Below are positions 24,428 to 37,018 of a stretch of DNA of 60,564 nt, in pieces. The notes under the pieces were generated by a model. The model saw only the letters and a program-made list of their open reading frames with translations. It did not search any database and was not told the origin of the DNA. The position numbers and the translations under genes are program-made. The stretch spans positions 51,522,607-51,583,170 of the forward strand of contig NC_068992.1 in the NCBI RefSeq assembly GCF_001194135.2. The letters are read 5' to 3'. Position 1 is the stretch's first letter, and every line of letters begins with the position of its first letter. Source of the stretch: Octopus bimaculoides. Taxonomy: Eukaryota.

Positions 24428-25250
24428 TGAGGGCGGGCTGAAAAATTCATAGGCTGACTCTGAAGGAGTGATGCTAGAGCTGTGAAATCTTGCATGCATT
24501 AATTTTGACACTCGTTATTGATGACTACATTGTTTCTTTCCAGCTAAACTGGTATCTGACCGTTCAAACTAGTATTAACCTTCTTTTGAAAATTGACAAA
24601 ATTTCGCATTGAAGTATCTGCAGAGAAAGAGTTTAATCCCTCAAGGACATTCATGTTGATATGGCTGCTTGTATTAGGGATGACGCTTCAACTTTATGAA
24701 CAGTGCAAAAGTGGGCAGACAGATTTAGGAGGGAATGGGAAAGTCATGAAGTCTGGATGTCTTGCAACAGCCACCACTGAGGAAAACCTTAATAAAGCTC
24801 ACCACATGGTGATAGATGACAGGCAATTGACTATATAGTCAATGCTATTAGCATATCCTGTGAGAGAGTTGGGAATATTCTGCACAATGAACTTGGCATG
24901 ATGAAGGTTTCTGCTTGATGGGTGCCTCTTCATCTGACATCTGATCAAAACTGCACCAGGCCTATCACACCGCATAAAAATCTGACATTGTTTCAGGCAG
25001 ATCCAAGTAGTTTCCTCAAGCATTTCCTTACTCAGGATGAGTGTTGAGTTCATCATTTTAAGCCAGAGGCAAAAAAAAAAAAAAAAATCCATGCAGTTGA
25101 AACAGCCTTCTTCATTTATTTCAAAGAAGGTCAATGAGGTTTCATCTGCAGAGAAGGTGATGGTCTCAGCTTGTTAGGAATCAAAAGGTATTTTGCTTAT
25201 TGACTATTTTCAAAATGGCCACGCCATCAATGGAGAGAGCTACGAAACAC
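24428..25250 (+). mobile_element. Mariner transposon remnant (GAGGG-type TIR), 3'-truncated and pseudogenised
   Basis: TA|TGAGGGCGGGCTGAAAAATT left end. Decayed motifs WVPLHLTSDQ (WVPRxLT), TQDEC*VHHFKPE (first catalytic D) and SAEKVMVS...KGILLIDYFQNGHAINGESY. Confidence 0.88.
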
Positions 25251-26742
25251 CAAATGTTCAGGAAAACTGATGAAAGGTTAATGTACAAACTTTTGAGGGA
25301 AACACACAAGGAAGAAAGAAAATCCACCACCACGAAAAGCGAAGAAAAAAAAAACACACAAAACAACTAAAACTAAGGCAGAATAATTCCATCATAACAA
25401 CAATAATAATGAAGAAGATGGAGAAGATGGAGGAGGAACTGAGAGTTATTCTCCTTTGAAAATTAAACCAACAACTAATAGTGTCATGTAGCAGTATTGG
25501 CATGGATATGTTGATGAAGTGAAAATAACACTGGCACCATTAGGTTCGGAGTAGTGATTTTCATTCTGGGTCCAAATGACTCTTGCAAGTCTGTCTGTGA
25601 TCATCTAGTTGCCATGGTAACCAAGGTTTGAGTCTTGATTATGGTAGTCCATCCTATGTTATAAAGGCATGGCCCCTGTCTATGGTTGAAACCAGTAAAT
25701 GTAAAAGAAAAAAATATTGGTTATACTTCTATGATGTACAAAATATATTAACAATTTAATTTTTTTTACTTATCATTTTTTAAATCATTCACTCATTACA
25801 AGGTCTTTAAACCACTGAAAACGTAAGAGCTACAAAACTAAAATGGACACTAGATGGAAGTCATTAGATGATGATGGAATTCCAATGTTCAGAGGTGCAA
25901 GGGAAGAAACTGGTACCGTAAAGTGCTTTACAGCTGTTAGGAGGTTGCACAGTACGGTGATGAGAACTGGATGCAAGTCTAGTTGATCGCTGATAAGTTC
26001 TTAATAGAGGAACATTTTAAATATCGAATGGCTACAAGAGTTGACATGGGTAAAATGAGTATCAAAAGAGTCCGTAGATGAAAAATGGTTGAGAAACACT
26101 TGTTTAGAATGTAGAACATAAGGAAAAAATAGCTTGCTAGTTAAATCTAAAAGACATTATAAAGAACTGAGATGGTTCTACTCTGAAGATGTGGGTATGT
26201 ATCTAATCCAAACAATTCACGAAAATGTTAATGGGTGCCTTTGGTTGCACAAGACAAAAACTGAAAGGTAGATATGTAACAATAAGGGTTGCTCTAACAC
26301 AACTTAGCCAATTTTTTTTATGCTTCATTTACTTTTAACTATAACTTGCTTCAATTACTGTGGTTTATTGTTTATATATATATTTCATTTCTGTGAAGAT
26401 ATTTGTGTTTTAAAATTTCATTTCTTTTATTTATATATTGTATAATGTCTTTTATCTATCTTCCAGTGTTTGAAGATCTTATCCATCTCATTCCACATAT
26501 TTCCTTTGTAAAATAGCTGGTTATTATTTCTTTGAACTTTTCTGTATCTCTTCAAGTCCTTGTGGACAATAAAGGAAAAATTACTATGATTATTTTTTCT
26601 CAACACTTTCATGTTAGTTTCTTCTGCACCTGCATTTTCTTGAAGTGCATGTAGCATTGTTCTTTGGGTGATACAACTGTGTCTCTGTGTTACCTTAGCT
26701 GTGTTTTGTTGTGAATGCTTTCCTATGTTTTTATAGTTAGTG

Positions 26743-27045
26743 AAGGTGCATGGCTCAGTGGTTAGTGTCAGGCTCACCGGGCTGTGTGTTGTATTCTTGA
26801 GCATGACACTTTATTTCACGTTGCTCCAGTTCACTCAGATGTAGCAATGAGTTGCAAAGTCACTAGTGCCAAGCTGTATCACCCTTTGCATTTCTCATGG
26901 ACAATATTGATTGCATGGAGAATGCAGGCTGGTATGCATGGGTAACTGCTGGTCTTCCACAAACAACCTTGCTTAGACTCGTACCTCAGAGGGTAACTTT
27001 CTAGGTGCAATCCCATGATCATTCATGACCGAAGGGGGACTTTAC
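26743..27045 (+). mobile_element. SINE family E
   Basis: Colinear with 7061-7385, with a small deletion in the head. Confidence 0.85.
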
Positions 27046-27196
27046 TTTTTACCTATATGGTTTGTAGTTGTATTATTTTTCCTGATTGTTTGTGTAAAAG
27101 AAGAGCCATTTATATTTGTATCATTTTGTTTGGAAGAAAGACAGTGGGTCAGTAGAATCATTACCATGCCAGGCAAAATACTGAGTGACATTTCAT

Positions 27197-27329
27197 GCAC
27201 ATGGTTCTGGGTTCAGTCCCACTGCATGGCATCTTGGGCAAGTGTCTTCTACTATAGCCTCGTGCCAACCAAAGCCTTATGAGTGGATTTGGTAGACAGA
27301 AACTGAAAGAAGCCCATCGTATATATGTG

Positions 27330-27383
<54 letters not shown>

Positions 27384-27577
27384 TCCCCCCAACATAGCTT
27401 GACAACCGATGCTGGTATGTTTACTTCCCTGTAACTTAGCAGTTCGGCAAAAGAGACCCATGAAATAAGTACTAGGCTTACAAAGAATAAGTCCTGGAGT
27501 CGATTTGCTCGACTAAAGGCGGTGCTCCAGCATGGCCCTAGTCAAATTACTGAAACAAGTAAAAGAGCAAAAGAGTA
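27197..27577 (+). mobile_element. SINE family B with internal (TG)n
   Basis: Colinear with 21137-21551 and ends AAACAAGTAAAAGAGCAAAAGAG. Confidence 0.9.
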
Positions 27578-27589
27578 TATGTATATGTG

Positions 27590-27850
27590 TGTGTGCGCAT
27601 ATGTGTACCATTGTCTTAACATCATGTGATGGATGTGAATAAGCATCTCCATCATAAAAGCAATGTTCATTTCCAGTTTTTGATTGAAAACATGTCTGGC
27701 TATGAGTAATATTCCCTTGCATGGAAACAGGTGAGTGTTGGCAACAGGAAGGGCATCTGGTCATAGAAAATCTGTCTCATAAAATTCAGTCTGACCAATG
27801 CAAGAATGGAAAAGTGGGCGTTAAATGACAATGATGTCGATGATGATGAC
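27590..27850 (+). mobile_element. SINE body with RTE-type tail (family B2/C2)
   Basis: CCATTGTCTTAACATCATGTG...GGAAACAGGTGAGTGTTGGCAACAGGAAGGGCATC...GAATGGAAAAGTGGGCGTTAAATGAC. Homologues at about 35740-35990 (-), 37905-38140 (+), 43020-43260 (-) and 49340-49620 (+). Confidence 0.75.
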
Positions 27851-28904
27851 ACGTATATTAGATTCTTAAATAATTTTCTCATTTTCCATTTTCACGTGTT
27901 GCGTTTTATCAGTTTCATCCAGTCCTAAGTAGATATAATGGAAGGTTCATGTTTAATTAACCAATTTTGGTGCCTGTACGTAACTTAATGTTCTCAGTTT
28001 TAGTTATAGTTGATTGGGCACATATATCTAGTCTAAGACTCACTCGTATATCCTGACAAAACAATTTTTTTGTATGTCAACCAGCTGGGTATTATTTTTT
28101 GTTAATTGTTTTAAGTCATCCATACAGAGGAGATGGTTTATAGTTTGTTTATAGCTGGGATGACCAAATTATTTGAGGAGAAGAAGAACCACATATTATA
28201 TAGTTTTATGTTCAGAGAACTGTAACATATACTTTCTAAAATTATATTTATGACATGTCACTATACTGCTACATAGTTTTGCACACTAAAGTAAATTGAT
28301 TAATCACTGCACATTGCTGGCTTTTATAGAGTCTTCATGTTTACAGTTAATACTTTAAAATCCAGTTGGCTGGATATTAAAACGGCTTTAACAAAAATAA
28401 CACTGAAACCTATCATTATCTCCAGAGCAACACATAGTAGCTTTGAAAGCTGCAGTTTAACTGTTGTTGGTCTAAAGCATTTATAAATGTTGGTGTTTTC
28501 ATTTAACAGATTACTTAATAGGGTCAGTGCTAGACAGAGGAGAAGAAGAGATAAGGAGTCTACTTAAAAGATTTGTTTTCTTATAGGTTTGTTTTTAATC
28601 ATCTTTTCTTTGCCTTGTAGCAAAACAGTTTTTTTCTTTTTCTTCCCATTTTGATATTGTCTGGTTGATGTACTATATTAGTATTGGAGCTATTTTGTTT
28701 GTATTACGTATCTACAATATTCACAAGAGTGGTATGCACCGAAATGATTTTTCAGTAATCAATCCCTACTACACTAAAGATTTTTTTTTCCCTTTTTTTC
28801 CGGCTTTTTAATAATTCACTGATTTACTAGTTGTTGTTGTTGCTGATATTATTATCATTGTTATTGTTGTTGTTGATGGTGTTGTTATCATTATTATTAT
28901 TATT

Positions 28905-29066
28905 AAGGCAGACAGCAAGCTAGCAGAATTGTTAGCATGTCAGGCGAAAATTTAACGGTATTTTGTCTGTCTTTATGTTCTGAGTTCGAATTCCGCCGAG
29001 GTCGACTTTGTCTTTCATCCTTTTGAGGTTGACAAATTAAGTACCAGTGAAACACTGGGCTCGAAT
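28905..29066 (+). mobile_element. SINE family D (Meta-like), 3'-truncated
   Basis: GAGTTCGAATTCCGCCGAGGTCGACTTTGTCTTTCATCC matches 31780-32007. Confidence 0.85.
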
Positions 29067-31254
29067 GTTGTTTTCCACTTACCACTGGCACAAGTGCCAG
29101 TAAGGCAGTAAGGTGGTGCTTTTTACGTGCCACTGTCACGAGGGCCTGTCAGCAGCCCTGGCGATGATCATGTTCGGATGGTGCTCTTAACGCTCCACTA
29201 GCACTGATGCCAGTCATGGTAAATTTATCATTGACCTCACTTCTAGATAAATACGAAAATAGGTACTGTCAACCATGAATGTGAAACTAGAATGAAGAGA
29301 TTTGAAACAAATATCCATTTTTTTAAAAACATATTGCACGTCTTCCAATCACATCTAGTCCTGATTATTACAGCTAATACACAATTATAAATGTTTCCAT
29401 TGCATTCTACTTTACAAAAAACATCTTATAATGTCCAATCATTTTAATTTCTGCTATACAAGCTATTTTCTAATGTTTCCTTTGAGTAGTAATCATTCAT
29501 TTCAAGCTGTCATTTTTTTTAGTAATATTATGTCATGTATGTTACTCACTTTATCATGCTAGCTTTGCTTGAGAATTACAATGGGTGTACTGATGTCTGT
29601 GGAACACTCAGCTTTCTATGCACTAATCTGATTAACAGGTAAACTGGTTAATGAAACAGCTAAATCCTGAACATCAAAACTGATGCAGACCACTTTTTTT
29701 TTTTTTCCTATAGATGTAATACGGATAGAATAATAGTTTAGTAGATTTGAAAACACTGGTACTCATACATAGAAGAAATGATGCTCTAAAAGGTGCTGTA
29801 TAGAAGACTCATCCACTCTTTATTTCTATGGCAACTGAAGCTTCAACAGTGATCATGACATCAATGAAAGTGAGAAGAAACACTGAAACAACATGGGTTT
29901 TACAGATCAATTATATAAACAACATAGAGTACAATAGAGTACTGCATACTGAAAACAACGCTGTGTTATGAAAGAATTAACTGAATCTGTTTGACTCAGA
30001 ACCTGACACAGCTAAAGAATGTTTCTTTTTATTTAGACAATTGCTATAATATTTTGTTGACTGAATTTATGGCCAAACATAAGTCTAATGGTGTAACTAA
30101 TCAAATATTTAACTTTATTTATCAGATGTATTCTCTATCATGAATTATTCTCTGGCCATTAATATTGATTGAATGGAATGAGGTCTATTATGACAAGAAC
30201 TAATATTTTTACATTTAGCCGAAAATTCCTTTGATGGTTTCGGTAAACATTGCCATAATTACAAATTGGAAAGCTTTACAGTTATTCCCTTGAAATGTTC
30301 ACCACAAGAAACCCATTTTTCAATACGTGATATCAGTAAAATGAAAGTCTTTGTTAATTTTAATGGGGATTTACATAGTAAATGCTGCCAATTATTTGGA
30401 AAAGACTGATAATGTTCTTTTTGTTGATGCTCCTTTTACAAAATCAAAAGTACTTATTCCTCGTGTAGTTTTTAAATTTGCATTTCTACCTATACACCAT
30501 GTCATAAGTCAAATAACATTCCCTTCAAAGCCAAGAACTAATTTTCTCTAAAAGGACAAAATTTAATCAGTCAGAGAGGCAATGGTAGTTTACATTTCTT
30601 TTTAGAGTTTTCCAAGCCTGCTGTGAAGTAGGGGAGCAAATACCCTAAGCCAAGGGACCTATTCTACCAATTAATGAAATGACAAACAGCTGAGCCCATG
30701 ATATTTTATAGTGCCTTTAAGATTAATTAAAGACAGGGAGGAAAAAAGGAAGATATCTTCAAACCAGAGACTTGTGCATTGCAAAGTGGAATTTTGTTAA
30801 GGGCACTCAAGTACCAGGTAGGGATATTAAAATAACTGAAAGGCTAAATCTACTACTTAAGAAGGCAATGGTATGATCTGATCTCAAAATGCAAAGATGA
30901 GAAAACAAACAAACCAAAAAGCATCTTGACTGACACTTTAATGATTCCACTCAGTCACTGTTCCGTAGGTCACTGTGGGTTAGATGAGATTTAGAGGTAT
31001 TGTTTTTTGTCCATATTCCTATCTTGACACCAAGCTTTTTGGTCTCCTATAGTAACACACAGGGATACAGTACACCTATTATAAAATTTTGGATAAGTGA
31101 TTTAGTTAGAATTAATTAAAGACGTAATGTAGTAGAGAGTAAATATACTCTATGGCAATATAGTGACAACTCTGCATATGTTTTGGTCTTATTACACCTC
31201 ATTAGTAAAGTATAGTCTAACTGTTATTGCCAAACCTCAGATAACTGAGAGAAA

Positions 31255-31402
31255 GGAGGAAAGGAAGGAAAAAAGGCAGAAGAGGAGAAGGGAGAGACAG
31301 GAGATAGAGAGAGAAGGGGAAATAGATAGATAGACAGAGAGAGAGGAGGGTGAGATAGATAGATAAATAGATAGATAGATAGATAGAGAGAGNNNNNNNN
31401 NN

Positions 31403-31457
<55 letters not shown>

Positions 31458-31480
31458 AGAGAGAGAAGTGGAGGGAGCAG
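31255..31480. repeat. (GA)n/(GATA)n purine-rich tract containing a 10-N gap
   Basis: Directly visible. Confidence 0.9.
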
Positions 31481-31701
31481 TGGAAAAGGGAAAAGAAGAT
31501 GGGAGAGAGAGAAAGAAAGTGGGGAAAAATGTTAATGAATGGGAATTGAGTGGTTTGAAAGAGAATTCTTGGAAGAAAATAATTCAATGAGAGCCTCTTC
31601 AGGAAAAACAGACAACAAAGAGGATGCTAACATCATTACTGTACTGACGTTAGTTAATTAAGATATTAAACTTATAGTCATAATTCTATTAACTGGCTGT
31701 T

Positions 31702-31776
31702 TGGTTAACAAGATTGTTTGTGGGTTAACAAGATTGTTTGTGGGTTAACAAGATTGTTTGTGGGTTAACAAGATTG
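31702..31776 (+). repeat. 20-bp minisatellite, about 3.8 units of TGGGTTAACAAGATTGTTTG
   Basis: Near-perfect head-to-tail units with no spacers. Confidence 0.95.
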
Positions 31777-31779
31777 CTG

Positions 31780-32007
31780 CGGCGAGCTGGCAGAAACGTT
31801 AGCACGCCGGGCGAAATGCTTAGCAGTATTTCGTCTGCCGTTACGTTCTGAGTTCAAATTCCGCCGAGGTCGACTTTGCTTTTCATCCTTTCGGGGTCGA
31901 TAAATTAAGTACCAGTTACACACTGGGGTCGATGTAATCGACTTAATCCCTTTGTCTGTCCTTGTTTGTCCTCTCTATGTTTAGCCCCTTGTGGGAAATA
32001 AAGAAAT
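31780..32007 (+). mobile_element. Young, CpG-retaining SINE family D (Meta-like) with a 10-bp target site duplication
   Basis: AAGATTGCTG at 31770-31779 and 32008-32017 flanks the element. Central TTTGCTTTTCATCCTTTCGGGGTCGATAAATTAAGTACC resembles the Meta domain. Confidence 0.9.
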
Positions 32008-33029
32008 AAGATTGCTGTGGGAGTTTGTTTGTGTGTTTACTTACATTTGTGCTTCCTCAGAATTCAAGAGCTACAAGCAGTTTTTTCTAATTTCTTCTGT
32101 TCACAAAATATCCACATGATTGTGCCTTTGACTATATGTGGAATAAGAGATTCCTTAATTGAAAGACAAGTGAGGCTTTACAATATAACAGGTATTTAGC
32201 TGTAAAACAATACTGCAATAATAGACTAGTCAAACTCATGCTAGCATGGAAAAATGGACATAAAAATTGATGAACCTGAATTACTCTGACAGATATATCA
32301 GTGACTCAATCTCAACAATGCTGTATTTACATATTAACATCAATCAAAACCATATATACTTGAATAGACATTAACCTTTGAATAGTTAATTTACAGATAT
32401 AAATCAGTTTTGATTTATATTCCAAAAGAAAATGTATTTGAATTTGATGTTAATCAATTTCAAGCATTAGCATACTCTGTTATTCAATTAAAGTAGACAA
32501 TATTTCATGTTCTTGAAACAATAGAGCTAGATTCACTATCAGATTGCTATTTTAGTTCTATTATTTCTCCTTGCAAACTGAAGATTTTTCAGTCAGAAAA
32601 GCCTGCCTAGTAATTTACCCAGTACACATTTAATACTTACAATATTCATTAATTGTGGATGAATAAAACAAATATTGTAGTTGATGGATTAAAGGGTCAC
32701 TCTGAATACAGGCTTTCACTGTGTAATTAAGAAGTTCATTTTATAATTAATTAGTTTTAGCTTGATGATGGTGTGTAACACCTTTGCTATAGTCTTCTGT
32801 TATAGCTATATGCCAACCAAAGTCTTTTAAATGGAATTTAGTTGGCAGCAATAGTGCAATGTTTGTTGATGGAATGGCTCCTATTCTTACTCAGTAGACT
32901 TAATTTCTCCCCCAGTTTTATCATTGTACCTGATCTTTGGGTGCCTTTTGTGAAATTCACTCTGTGGTAAGTGAAGTAGCTTGATCTAGTGGCTAAGGTG
33001 TTCAGCTCATGGTTATAGGATCATGGCTT

Positions 33030-33292
33030 ACTGGGTCTTCTCAAGCACAGCATATCTCCAACGGTCACTTGTCATTGCCACAGTGAGGCCCAATGTTCGA
33101 AGGTCATGCTTCACCACCTCATCCCAGGTCTACTGCTAGGGTGTGACACTTTTTCACTCATCCATTTGCAACACATGACCATACCAGTGCAGTTGTCTCT
33201 TGCACACCACATCTGATGCTTCTCAAGTCCAATTTTTCTCTCAGGGCACTTACACTCTGTCATGTATGCACACAGACATTACACATCCAGCT
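33030..33292 (-). mobile_element. RTE ORF2 C-terminal fragment with internal deletion
   Basis: Reverse complement aligns by eye with about 12770-13067 (GGATGTGTAATGTC...GTGTGCAAGAGA...TGGGCCTCAC...GCTGTGC). Confidence 0.85.
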
Positions 33293-35999
33293 GTTGTGTC
33301 CTTGAGGTAGGCAAAGTACTTCATTACACATTACCCTTGCCTACTGAAACACAATGAGTACCAACTGGCTGCTAGTGCCAAGTTCATACCCTCAAAAGTC
33401 ACATCCACAATGCTTTGCTGAATCAAGGGCAAGATAGCCAAAACTGGGTTCGTTTCTGAATGTAACGACATAGGTATCTAAAAGAATTGGCAAATACATG
33501 GCATATGTCAAGTCAAAATTGCTGATGAGTGACAGCTGGTTGTATTGTGTTACTTTGTTGCAACTATTTGGATCAGGTTTTTCAGTTTCACAATGATTTT
33601 CTTCTCTTCTTCTATGAGTCGTGGGGACCATCAAAATAAGTAACAGTTGTGACTTCTACCAAGTTGATGATGATGATGATGAGGAGGATGAGGATGAAGG
33701 CAACGGCTGTGACAATCATGATCGTCATCATCATCACCACCAGCAGATGAGTGAGCAAGGAACCCCTGTCAGACCTTTTCTCCATTTTGACAGATGCCAA
33801 CAAGTTGGTAGCCATGTACTGGGTGCTTTTATATGTCACCAATACTAATGAAGTTGCCATGCAGCTTGAGTGAGTATGAACCCTAAGAGAAGAGGCCAGA
33901 GCAGAACAGGTTTCTTGTTATAGTTGCTACATGACTATTAGCATTATAGAAGGGAGGAAAGCATGATTTCTCTTGTTTTGTTGCCCTGATTTGTAAGTTG
34001 TGTAGGGCATGTGCCCAGAGCCTAAAGATTACTTGGAGACATTAAGCCTGTTTCAAAACCTGCATTGGTAATATCTCCAATGTTTGAAATTATTAGTATC
34101 TGAGAGCTATATACTATGTACTTAAAACATTTTTTATCTCTTACCAAATGAAATACTTTATTTGTTGATCTTAACAGAAAAGTAAACTATATATATATAT
34201 AGACACGACTCATAAAATACTTCATAGCTAAAATAAGAAAATGAATAGACATAATATGAGCAGTACTGAATAACATTTCAGTCCTTACAAATCACATAGT
34301 CCTTTCTTATCTAAAATACATCAGAGCTAAATAACATAGCCTTTTACACATGAGCTCAAATAAAGAAAAAGAACTAAAAGAAATAATTATGCAAATTGGA
34401 AAGGTATGCTGGTACAACTTTTACTTCTATAGAAGAATGACTTCTTTTTTTCTGGTAATTGAAAACATTAATTATATTTTGCCAAAAAAAGAAATAAATA
34501 AAAAAAAAAGAAAAAAGAAAATTGATGTCAGTACAGAATAAAACCTCAAAATATATTGAATCAGTTCAAACAGTTACCTAGAAGAACTTGAACTCAGCAG
34601 ACTTTTGTCCAATATCTAAATAACAGGTTGTTTAAAAATAACTGAACTAAAAGTCTGTACTGTTGAAAAAAGATAAATTAAAAATGACAAAAATATTAAT
34701 GATTAAAAGTTAAAAGCTTTCATGTTTTGCCAAATTCATTTCAAAGAATGTTTTAATCTTTCTTAATAGAATAAATTTATTTCATACAAATTACTATCTA
34801 TCTAGGTAAATAATCAATAAAAGTAAAATGCCTTCAGTTATTTTCTCATAGTTAAGCTGTGTTTCTGTGATTCTTAATTATCTGTTTTTCCCACCTTACT
34901 TCTGGTTGCATGTGTTGACATGAAAAAGGAAAATTCAGCTACAAGACGGCAACTTTCTGTTGCTACGGTGGCAAATACTACAACTTGAATCACTACAACT
35001 GGTCTACTCTTAGCTGTAGATTGATCGTAAAATTTTATTTCTGTTATTGTAGTCGGCTGGCCAATGATCAGGAAAGTTTGCCATTTGTCCTACAGTAGAA
35101 TTCTAACTCAAATCATTTCATTCCTATAAAAATATGGCTCTAATTGGTTCAAATATTTTTTTAACTAATATACAGAGAAAGGAAGGGAAAGGAAAATAAA
35201 GAAAGATAAGGACCAAACTGGAATAAAAAAACATTCCCATATCTGTAAAAGTGTATCTCGTACTAAGAGATACCAGCTTTTTTTTTTTTTTTTTTACCTG
35301 CTCAGAGGATGGAAGATCAAAGTGCATGAACTTTTTGCAGCATCTCTGCTATTTGACTGAGGAAGAAATTTGAGTTCATCTCCGAGTAGTGGGGGAGGGT
35401 GGGGGATCTACAAATTTCAAAATGGTTCATCATGAACTTTCAGCTGTATTTTGGCATTTGGAAGGACATCCAGCCAAAGAAACCATGCCAAAGCAGACAA
35501 TGGAGCCTCGAGCAGCTCTCTAGCTTGTCAGTTCCTGTTAACCCATCCAGTTCATGGAGGACAGATGTTAAATGATGATGATGATGATGATGATGAAGAT
35601 GAAATGTGTTTCCATTTTAATGCCTTCCTACTGTAGTTGTCATCATCATCATCGTTCCTATCAACACTATCGTCATCATCATTGTCATCATCATCATCAT
35701 CACCATCAGCTGCAACATTAACATAACTGATAAGCATTAATGTTTTTCATCTCCAATTTTCCATGCATGAATGAATCAGGTGAAATTCATTGAGGCAGAT
35801 TTTTCCACGAATAGATGCTCTTTCTGTCACTAACCTTCACCTATTTCCAAGCAAAGTAATATGTTTCCAAGATCAGATATGTTTTTATGGAAGATTGGAA
35901 ATGAATGACACCATTTACAAGATACTGACTCCTTTATTACTATCACTGAATGCCGAGACGAGACACACATATTCACAAGCATGCACACATGATGATGAT

Positions 36000-36385
36000 C
36001 ATCATCGTCGTTTAACGTCTGCTTTCCATGCTGGCATGGGTTGGACGGTTTGACTGGGGGCTGACAAGCCAGACGGCTGTACCAGGCTCTGATAAAATCT
36101 GGCAAAGTTTCTACAGCTGGATGCCCTTCCTAACGCCAACCACTCTGAGAGTGTAATGGGTACTTTTTACATGCCACCAGCATGAGGGCCAGTCAGGTGG
36201 TACTGGCATCGACCATGTTTGGATGGTACTTTTTACATGCCACTGGCATAGGAGCCACTCAGGCAGCACTGGCATTGACCACACTCAAATGGTACTTTTA
36301 ATGTGCCACTGGCACGGGTGCCAATCAGGTGGTACTGTCATTGGCCATGGCAATGATTTCGCTGGCCTCAACAGGTCTTTGTAAG
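36000..36385 (-). mobile_element. RTE 3' UTR copy (family C) with about three internal 63-66 bp tandem units
   Basis: CATCATCGTCGTTTAACGTCTGCTTTCCATGC terminus, with repeated GGTACTTTTTACATGCCAC...CAGTCAGGTGGTACTGGC units. Confidence 0.85.
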
Positions 36386-36651
36386 TGCATCTTATTGCCT
36401 AGTGACTGAAGGGTACACTTAATAAATGGGATGGTTATGCTGCACTGACATGTATAAAAAACATAAGATATCATGAATTAAAAAATCTTCAGGTAGAAAA
36501 TCAATATTATTTGATCTTTGTCTGGAGAATGTCTAATAGGAGATATCTTAAATATTTATCCAGCATGCACAATTTTGTAACTCCCCTAAGCAAATGAAAC
36601 ACATGTAATATTGAATAAATAATACCAAACATTTTTACCCATCTCCTGTTT

Positions 36652-36704
<53 letters not shown>

Positions 36705-36714
36705 NNNNNNNNNN

Positions 36715-36770
<56 letters not shown>

Positions 36771-36976
36771 AAATATAGTAAAGTCTACCAAATCCACTCA
36801 CAAGGCTTTGGCTAGCCTGAGACTATAGTAGAAGATAGTGGCCCAAGGTGCCATGCAGTGAGACTGAACCCAGAACCATGTGGCTGGTAAGCAAGCTTCT
36901 TTTTGCCTTTATGGCAAATAATTATGAAATAAAGCAAGCTTCTTAACACACAGCCCTTCCTACTCCTATGCAAGCA

Positions 36977-37018
<42 letters not shown>

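Noticed and set aside
30240-30551. Possible exon on either strand (RNANLKTTRGISTFDFVKG... on minus)
   Set aside because: Short, unrecognised, with poor splice context and no neighbouring exons to support it.
31702-31776. CRISPR-like array
   Set aside because: The units are contiguous with no spacers, there are no cas genes, and the context is eukaryotic.
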